From a virus (Duplodnaviria; Caudoviricetes), in the IMG/VR virus record IMGVR_UViG_3300028413_000010, positions 1 to 41,739 of that record: a stretch of 41,739 nt of DNA; one strand, written 5' to 3'. The first letter of the stretch is position 1; each line of letters opens with the position of its first letter. The notes under the pieces are model-generated. The model did not search any database. It was not told the origin of the DNA and saw only the letters and a list, made by a program, of their open reading frames with translations. Shown piece after piece: positions 35,243-41,739 of this stretch. The position numbers were made by a program, and so were the translations under genes.

Positions 35243-35327
35243 TATCTTTGTTAGCAAATCATAGTATTTGTTAGCAAATATATACATATATGTCTAACTA
35301 TCAAAAATAAATAGACTTATTTGTTCA
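35243..35327. promoter_or_regulatory. Immunity region: overlapping divergent promoters and operators
   Basis: TATCTTTG (+, 35243) and TATATTTG (-, 35275-35282) elements. Two TTTGTTAGCAAAT repeats. Two TAGAC-N6-GTCTA-like sites (35281, 35312). Confidence 0.65.
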
Positions 35328-35345
35328 CTTTAAAAGTATTTTATT

Positions 35346-35666
35346 ATGGAATTCAAGGATAAAATGAGAAAGCTAGTTGCCGAGAACAACATGACGCAAC
35401 GGTCGTTTGCTAAGGAAATAGACATGGAATATGGCTATGTAAATAAATTTTTTACAGGTAGGACGCCTAATATGGATTTTTTAATGAAAGTCTTGGAAGT
35501 GTTTCCAGAAGTTGATTTAAACTGGCTTTTAAGGGAAGAAAAAAATGCCATCACAACTATCCCTGACACAAAAAGAAAAGACGGTACCCACCAAGATTTA
35601 TTGACTCACCTGCAAAATATTGAAGACAATGTTGCAGAATTACGCAAAAAAATGTCACGAGAATGA
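35346..35666 (+). CDS. CI-like XRE-family repressor (no peptidase domain)
   Basis: HTH MTQRSFAKEIDMEYGYVNKFFTGRTPN and PEVDLNWLL motif. Confidence 0.85.
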   Translation: MEFKDKMRKLVAENNMTQRSFAKEIDMEYGYVNKFFTGRTPNMDFLMKVLEVFPEVDLNWLLREEKNAITTIPDTKRKDGTHQDLLTHLQNIEDNVAELRKKMSRE

Positions 35667-35854
35667 CACGCGTAATGTTGTAAGTTTCTGATTTTTAAAT
35701 TTTTACAAAATATTTCTATGACTCCTTCGCGGTCACAAAATAAATTAAAAAACAAAGCTTTGTCCTGTGGTTCAACTATTTATAGTTTAACCCAACAAAG
35801 CTTTTTTGATTTATGGAGACCTTTTTGCCTACCTTTTGTCACAGGAATGACACG
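35653..35854 (+). other. Putative attP: tRNA 3'-end-like core flanked by direct arm repeats
   Basis: Core CCTTCGCGGTCACAA at 35724-35738. TGTCACnnGAATGACACG at 35653-35670 and 35837-35854. Confidence 0.7.
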
Positions 35855-37000
35855 AAAAAAATACTCGTGACAATCCAACACCACTTCACGCTACACAACC
35901 ACATTACCAAGAAAGGTATGTGCAATATCCAACTGAGTATCACAGGCTCTGGCGAGCGTGTTCGTGTTAATACCGGACTGCAATGCGCCCCCAAAGATTG
36001 GGATAGTGAAAAAGAACGGATTGCTTACACCGTATTTTTAGCGGAGCAGCACAATTTGCTGCTAGATAATATTGTCAGCAAGATAACCCGAATCAAAACC
36101 AACTTCCATTTAAACGAAATGGCAATCAGCCCTAAAAAGATTGCCCAAGAACTACAGAACACATCCAGCAGATTGGATTTCCTTGCATATTTTGCCGACA
36201 GGATAGAAAAAGAGCGTCCAAAAGTAAGCCCTGGCTATTATCGCAAAATAAAATCAGTACTTAAAAAACTGCAGAACTATGTGGGGGAAATATATTTTTC
36301 CGATATCAATGCAGCTTTCATAGAAAACTACCGAATATTACTTGCAGGAAAAGGAAATAAGAAAAGCACAATAAATAGCAACATTGCAACGATAAAAAAA
36401 ATATTGAACGCTGCGGACGACGAGGGTATAAAGTTCAACATAAAACCTAAGGATATCAAAGTAGGAAGCACCCGAGGAAATAGGGTAGACCTAAATGTTA
36501 GGGAACTGAAACATATCTATAATTATTATTTAAGCCCGTTTACCCCGGAACATTGGAGACTGACCTTAGGTTACTTTCTGTTCAGCTGCTTTACCGGAAT
36601 CCGCCTTGGGGATGTGCTGGACCTGGAACGGAAGCAACTCACCGGAATGCCCTACGTAGATTTTACGGCACGCAAGACCACCAAGCGGCAATCTATTCCC
36701 ATCACCCAAAAATGCAGGACCATCATTGAACATGATGAACGTTTATTTGTTCTAAAGGTAACACCGGAACAAATGAACCGCAACCTTAAGGCCATAGGTA
36801 TTCATCTGAAAATTGCAAAGAATATTACCTTCCATGTTGGGCGGCACACCTTTGCTACCAATTTCCTGCGGGCAGGTGGCAACGTGGTAAAGCTGCAAAA
36901 ACTTCTAGGCCACGGCACTATTACCATGACCATGATATACGTGCATATTGTGGAGCAGGAGGCCAACGAAGAAATCAACCTTATGGACGGCCTATTTTAG
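35813..37000 (+). CDS. int: Tyrosine integrase
   Basis: Catalytic R (GIRLGD), K, HVGRH, LGH and Y (TMIY), with N-terminal arm-binding and SAM-like domains. Confidence 0.95.
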   Translation: METFLPTFCHRNDTKKILVTIQHHFTLHNHITKKGMCNIQLSITGSGERVRVNTGLQCAPKDWDSEKERIAYTVFLAEQHNLLLDNIVSKITRIKTNFHLNEMAISPKKIAQELQNTSSRLDFLAYFADRIEKERPKVSPGYYRKIKSVLKKLQNYVGEIYFSDINAAFIENYRILLAGKGNKKSTINSNIATIKKILNAADDEGIKFNIKPKDIKVGSTRGNRVDLNVRELKHIYNYYLSPFTPEHWRLTLGYFLFSCFTGIRLGDVLDLERKQLTGMPYVDFTARKTTKRQSIPITQKCRTIIEHDERLFVLKVTPEQMNRNLKAIGIHLKIAKNITFHVGRHTFATNFLRAGGNVVKLQKLLGHGTITMTMIYVHIVEQEANEEINLMDGLF

Positions 37001-38881
37001 GCTCTCCAGCTCCAATTCATAATTACTAAGACTGGTACCTACAATTGTTGTCCTGGTCTTGGTGCGTATCAAAAACAGCTTATTGTACATCAGAACTTTG
37101 TTGGTGATTTCGACCGACTTGGTATAGGATGTAGGGGCGTTAAAGTTGGTGCTAAAGGACTGGCTCTTTATCCTAAAATTCAACCATTGGCTATAATGCC
37201 TCTCATAGACCCGCCTTAGCATAATCTCGGTGTTGTCCTCGGCCAGATTAACAATGCCCTGGCTACCTTGATACAGCACCGCGCATATATTGCTCTTACC
37301 ATCGTCTACCGCAAATGCGGTCTGTATATTGCCCCGTAGCTCTAGGGGTAGGGGAACGGCGCCGATTTCTATTTCGTTGGTCTCGTCATTGCCATCGGTG
37401 GTAGAATAGCTTACTCCGTTTACATCTACATAAACCGTTTCCGGCTCGTAATCATCAGAAGAAATTTCCTTGAACATCAACCTATAGCTATCGCCCTGTT
37501 TAAAAGTTCTACGAGGCGCACGCTGATTGTGATGGCTAAGGTCTACGACTTCGTTAATTTCCATTTGGGGCTGTATATAGTCCATAACCACCGTGTTGCC
37601 CTGAATCTTTAAATCTAAATTCTTCCAATTCTTTAGGGCCGTAATAAAGTCACCAAAGGTAATATCCGGTACTACCTTGGTAAGGTCTACTTTTTGCGTA
37701 GTTATTACAGGCGGTGCAAGCAAACCGTTTTCATCATAAATGGCTAGTGGCGTGATTGTCAAATCCCATAATATAGTATCGTTTTCCAAAACCTCGTTCA
37801 CCAAATGCTGCGGGAGCGTTCTATTGGTCAAAGTGACTACCTGTGAAATATCGTCTACGTCTACATTAAGATCTACATACCTTACACGCTCGCTCCAGCG
37901 GTCACTATCCTGTCTTATGTAATCTTCATAATACCTTGCCACACTTTGGCCTTTAAAAAATATTTCCGCTTTGGAATCGGAAAACCGCCGCCTTAGATAC
38001 ACTACACCCGATATCTTATACCTGCCCCGCCTACTAAAAGTAATGGTATCCTCATAAAGGGCAAGCGTACGCCAAGCCTTGTTCAGGTTACCCGCTGCAT
38101 AACGATACGTAACCGTCACCAGACTATCATAACTGTTTAAACGGCTCATATACTCGGTGCCATCAACGCTACCACTACTATACTCCTCCGCTTCTTTATA
38201 GAGCAACATTTTTCTAAGCTCGATATCATTTAAAATGTCACCTCCTAAAGAGTAGCCCGCATCATCAAAGCCTTTTTGCAAAATGTGCATTACGTAGGGC
38301 ATGGGTATCATTATATTCCTGTTGTAAGCGATATTTTCTACAGCATCAAATTCGTTCTCCACAAATGCCCCATTCACGTATTTGTTTACAATGCCCTCAA
38401 AACCGTGCCACTTATCGCCAGCGGCATCAAAGCTGTCCGTATGTACTTGCACAAAATTATAGTTGACCGTAGGCCATGATTTAGAAATAATTCCGATACC
38501 ATGATCTGTGAGGGGTTCCCCAGCTTCCAATACCTGCAGCGGAAGCTCCGCCAATTTTTTGTCCCAATTTGGAAACTCGTCAAAACCAAAAGACAATTGA
38601 ATGGAAGCCCTGCGATCCACTATCTCTAAAATTTCCAATACGGCCTGTGTATGCCCATCCTCTATAAAGAGGACTACATCATAGTACGTAACCGGATTCT
38701 CTACTCCGATATCCAACAACTGACCAAATTTCTTATTGATATCATCGTCCAGCTCCACATCTATAGGGAAGGTGTATTTTGTAAAAAAGCGATCGCTAAA
38801 CCATTGGTTGTCCTCGGTAATGGTTATCTCGTATGCAGATAAATCTAACTCAAAATTAGCGTGAATACACTTTGTTATCAT
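36992..38881 (-). CDS. Tail tip/baseplate hub-like protein
   Basis: 629 aa with an EDNQWF...YTFP N-terminus. Second gene after the tape measure. Confidence 0.7.
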   Translation of the reverse strand: MITKCIHANFELDLSAYEITITEDNQWFSDRFFTKYTFPIDVELDDDINKKFGQLLDIGVENPVTYYDVVLFIEDGHTQAVLEILEIVDRRASIQLSFGFDEFPNWDKKLAELPLQVLEAGEPLTDHGIGIISKSWPTVNYNFVQVHTDSFDAAGDKWHGFEGIVNKYVNGAFVENEFDAVENIAYNRNIMIPMPYVMHILQKGFDDAGYSLGGDILNDIELRKMLLYKEAEEYSSGSVDGTEYMSRLNSYDSLVTVTYRYAAGNLNKAWRTLALYEDTITFSRRGRYKISGVVYLRRRFSDSKAEIFFKGQSVARYYEDYIRQDSDRWSERVRYVDLNVDVDDISQVVTLTNRTLPQHLVNEVLENDTILWDLTITPLAIYDENGLLAPPVITTQKVDLTKVVPDITFGDFITALKNWKNLDLKIQGNTVVMDYIQPQMEINEVVDLSHHNQRAPRRTFKQGDSYRLMFKEISSDDYEPETVYVDVNGVSYSTTDGNDETNEIEIGAVPLPLELRGNIQTAFAVDDGKSNICAVLYQGSQGIVNLAEDNTEIMLRRVYERHYSQWLNFRIKSQSFSTNFNAPTSYTKSVEITNKVLMYNKLFLIRTKTRTTIVGTSLSNYELELESLK

Positions 38882-41423
38882 GTTCGGGGTTTATTTTAAA
38901 ATCCAGTTCGTAGGCGTAAAGCGCGCTCTCGCTATTGTAGTTGCTAAGTTTGGAAGTCTGCACAACAATAGGCACATAAGCACCGTCTATTAGCAGCCAA
39001 GCCCTTCGGCTCCTTGCTATACTATCTACCAAGGCAAAATTATCCTTTAGTATCCATCCGGTATTGGCCTTGACACGTTGTGTTTTTCGTATTTCCAACA
39101 CCTCTGTAATATCCACAACATCTTTATATACGCGGTTCTCTATGGGACTATAATCACTACCTATACTAAGCGCTCCGGTAAACTCCATCAGCTCTATCTG
39201 TTCGTTTTTGGTTACCCATGCAATGTGATAGCTTTCCTTACCTTCAGGGAATACTATGTACTTACGAACGTACCAGGCATTGCCAGAAGTACGCAGTTTC
39301 ACCTGAATCATATCGCCCTCATTGTGCGCCGCAAAATTCAATGCCATACCGTAACCGCTGCTATAGTTCGCCACATGCTCTATGCGTTGCAATAGCTGCC
39401 CGTTTTTATGCAGCTCCATAGTATGTATGCCCGGATCACGATAAAAGTTGAACATGGCATAACTATTAACAGTAACGCGCAAAGGACTTTCGGTAGCCGA
39501 AGCGCCTATACTGTTTTCAAAAGCTACAGGAGTAATGCCTTTTTGGAATAGGTAATCTTCCAGATACACGGTTTCCCTAAGGGCATCGTTACTTAGGTTG
39601 CGCTCCTCCAGTAACATATTTATACTACCACTGGTAAAATATGGAACAGGGTGCAAGAGCTGCTGCACAAGATTGCCGGTAATCACATCCTGTATAGAGC
39701 CAATACTTTCCAAAATACTGCCCAACAATACACCAGGCAAAAAGTGACCCTTGCCGCTGTACACGGGAACATCTGTAGTGTGGTTGAATTCTTTTGGATT
39801 TCCATGGATATCGTAATAAGTGCCGGTGTAGGACGCTTTTACATAGGTACCAGTTTTCTTGGTGGCGTAATTCACTCTTTTGTTGTCCGCCGTAAAATTT
39901 ATCTCTCCCTGCAGTAGATCGGTAAAACCGTTTGCTTCTATGATATAAATAACGGGAACGCGCACGGTATTTTCCTCGGAAGTAAGGGTAATAAAGCCGC
40001 TGTACGTACCAGGGGAAAAACTATTGGTATCTACAGGGTATATAATCAAATTCCCATTTTCTGTGTAGGTGTTGATCCAGTCCGGAACAGAAAGCGTGTA
40101 GGCAATAGGACTGGCAACATACAATACCTGCACTTGCGCTTCTTCCACGCCATTGGTAGCCCTAAAGGACATTGCTTTTGGCGATACCTCTAAATTCCTT
40201 GATGCGCTAATCTTAATAATTACGGTTATGCTTATACGATCGGCACCAAAAAAGTTGATGGTGCCAGAATGGAAACCTACACCCAAGGCTTCTACGGCAC
40301 GGCCAAGCAAAACGTTTATTTTTGCATTACCGCTGCCCGTAGCCTTTGTTAGGGTGCCGCTGCTGCTATCCTGTATGGTATTTCCGGTAAAGGTGTAAAA
40401 GCGTGCTCCGGACAATGTAAACGCTCCCCTATTCACAAATTCCAATTCCTTGCCCGCTGGCATCGCCTCGCCGATCACGTGCTCGAATACCAATGACCTT
40501 GAACTGACAGATGACTGGGTATCGCCAATAACGGTTAGCGATACGGGTAGGCTAAGGGTCTCCAACACTTGCTCTATGCCCGTAACCTTGCTGGTGCCCA
40601 ATATTTCCCAAAGTACATTTACCCTGTATTCCCCCGCATCTACCAAATCTAAATTAACCAGGGCAACCACGGTCTGCACCTTCAACGGATTTCCCTCAAG
40701 AAGATAGGTGGCACCATTATTTATTCTGGCCAATAAAAATTCTGCCTGCAATCCTTTTCCGCTGGCATCCTCTATAGATATACTTGCCTTAAAATCCCCA
40801 TATCTTTTAAATTCGCCGGTAAGGGCATAATTCCTAAAACCAGTAGAAATGCTTTTACTTGCCGGAACACTACCACCTTGCACATATTGAAAGCCAAGGG
40901 ACTTAGGAAATATCTTGCTACCCTCATCATAAAACGTGGTGCCACCAGGACTAAAAATACCGATACCCCACGCCATAGGAGCTTCATCACCAGTGAAGGT
41001 ACCGTTCTGGCAGTTGCTCAATAAGGCTCTGCTTATCTGTATGCGGTTCTGAAGATATACACCGCTATAAGTAACGGGCGATAAAACAACTTCTCTAAAC
41101 CATATTTCTACATAGTAGAGTTCTTGGGTTATGATCGCTATCCTATCCTTATAGGCAATGGCACTGCGTACATTTATAAGCTTGGCTACATCTGAAACAA
41201 AATACGCGTAAATGTCCGCATCGCTAGTAACAAAAGAAATAGTGTTGGAGGTTCTATTGGTGTTGGGAAACTGAAAATAATCTGCAACACAACCGGTAAG
41301 CAAAAATTTGGACTGGTGCGCCGTACTACCCGAAAAATCTATAACGGCCTGCACCAATTTGTTGCACAAGGTATTGGCACTATGGTTCTGGAATATGGTA
41401 TTGGTAAAAGCTGTATAGGCCAT
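38856..41423 (-). CDS. Large minor tail protein with Ig/BACON-like repeats (distal-tail-like C-domain)
   Basis: 855 aa with repeated L.F...G...Q.L...PDWI...L..G.Y.G.I patterns and a C-terminal EFTG...NTGW. Confidence 0.7.
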   Translation of the reverse strand: MAYTAFTNTIFQNHSANTLCNKLVQAVIDFSGSTAHQSKFLLTGCVADYFQFPNTNRTSNTISFVTSDADIYAYFVSDVAKLINVRSAIAYKDRIAIITQELYYVEIWFREVVLSPVTYSGVYLQNRIQISRALLSNCQNGTFTGDEAPMAWGIGIFSPGGTTFYDEGSKIFPKSLGFQYVQGGSVPASKSISTGFRNYALTGEFKRYGDFKASISIEDASGKGLQAEFLLARINNGATYLLEGNPLKVQTVVALVNLDLVDAGEYRVNVLWEILGTSKVTGIEQVLETLSLPVSLTVIGDTQSSVSSRSLVFEHVIGEAMPAGKELEFVNRGAFTLSGARFYTFTGNTIQDSSSGTLTKATGSGNAKINVLLGRAVEALGVGFHSGTINFFGADRISITVIIKISASRNLEVSPKAMSFRATNGVEEAQVQVLYVASPIAYTLSVPDWINTYTENGNLIIYPVDTNSFSPGTYSGFITLTSEENTVRVPVIYIIEANGFTDLLQGEINFTADNKRVNYATKKTGTYVKASYTGTYYDIHGNPKEFNHTTDVPVYSGKGHFLPGVLLGSILESIGSIQDVITGNLVQQLLHPVPYFTSGSINMLLEERNLSNDALRETVYLEDYLFQKGITPVAFENSIGASATESPLRVTVNSYAMFNFYRDPGIHTMELHKNGQLLQRIEHVANYSSGYGMALNFAAHNEGDMIQVKLRTSGNAWYVRKYIVFPEGKESYHIAWVTKNEQIELMEFTGALSIGSDYSPIENRVYKDVVDITEVLEIRKTQRVKANTGWILKDNFALVDSIARSRRAWLLIDGAYVPIVVQTSKLSNYNSESALYAYELDFKINPEHDNKVYSR

Positions 41424-41739
41424 TTATCTCTTGTTTTTATTGCGCAAGCGCTGGTACTGTTCTATATCTTCCTTTAGGTGCTTTGCATTCTGCATGGTAC
41501 GGGGCATGTAGGCGGTTATGGGGTTGTCCCGCAAATCTTGTAATAGGCTTATGTTCTGTTGCAAAAGCAAAGCCATAAGCCCGTTATTGCCGCCAGAACC
41601 TGAGCCACTATCTTCCTTATTGGGATAATAGCCGTTCTCATAGCCCTTGGCACGCCCTATCTCCCTATAAAGCGCATCCTTGAAGTCTGGGCGAAAATTC
41701 CTGAAGGCGCGCCCGTCTATAATCATCTCCGGAAAATCC
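41424..41739 (-). CDS. C-terminal end of the tape measure protein (partial)
   Basis: The frame is open to the window edge (DFPEMIIDG...GYENGYY). Position immediately upstream of the tail-tip genes. Confidence 0.65.
   Translation of the reverse strand, partial: DFPEMIIDGRAFRNFRPDFKDALYREIGRAKGYENGYYPNKEDSGSGSGGNNGLMALLLQQNISLLQDLRDNPITAYMPRTMQNAKHLKEDIEQYQRLRNKNKR

Larger units (their letters stand above)
1..41739. mobile_element. Temperate Bacteroidota (likely Flavobacteriaceae) phage, circularly permuted/excised form, incomplete
   Basis: Integrase, repressor, primase-helicase, terminase, portal, protease, capsid, tail and lysis genes are all present with no host housekeeping genes. Tail genes lie at both ends and attP is internal. 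Confidence 0.93.

Noticed and set aside
35720-35738. Phage-encoded tRNA gene
   Set aside because: Only a 3'-end-like fragment is present. There is no D or anticodon arm upstream.
1-41739. Stop-codon reassignment
   Set aside because: Long conserved genes are intact in the standard code, and TAA, TAG and TGA all terminate genes.

Overview
The whole window is a temperate tailed phage, probably long-tailed, of a Bacteroidota host. Flavobacteriaceae is the likely host family, judged from TAnnTTTG-type promoters, AT-rich translation starts without Shine-Dalgarno sites, and signal peptides followed by Gln. Nearly all genes are on the minus strand. Reading right to left: the tape-measure C-terminus and two tail-tip genes converge on a tyrosine integrase; then an apparently intact attP, a cI/cro-like switch, early and replication genes (LuxR-type regulator, SSB-like protein, primase-helicase, HNH, ASCH, HD, exonuclease), an iteron-rich origin, a fibre module, lysis genes, protease/capsid/tube genes, a PLD-like nuclease, terminase, portal, neck and tail genes, and an accessory region. 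Tail genes at both ends plus an internal attP suggest a circularly permuted excised genome, or a tandem prophage, with most of the tape-measure gene missing. Most notable observations: (1) collagen-type fibre proteins carry Sec signal peptides while their putative tip and chaperone do not; (2) the main fibre contains a circularly permuted, cysteine-less FISUMP/CLec-like domain; (3) a fixed-spacing TGTTACA-N26-TTG late-promoter motif shares its core with the origin iterons; (4) a lone integron attC-like site; (5) a C4-like antisense leader RNA; (6) a duplicated 42-bp hairpin plus start-codon module heading two unrelated accessory genes; (7) an HD-family pseudo-enzyme. All family assignments come from motif recognition and synteny by eye, not from database searches.
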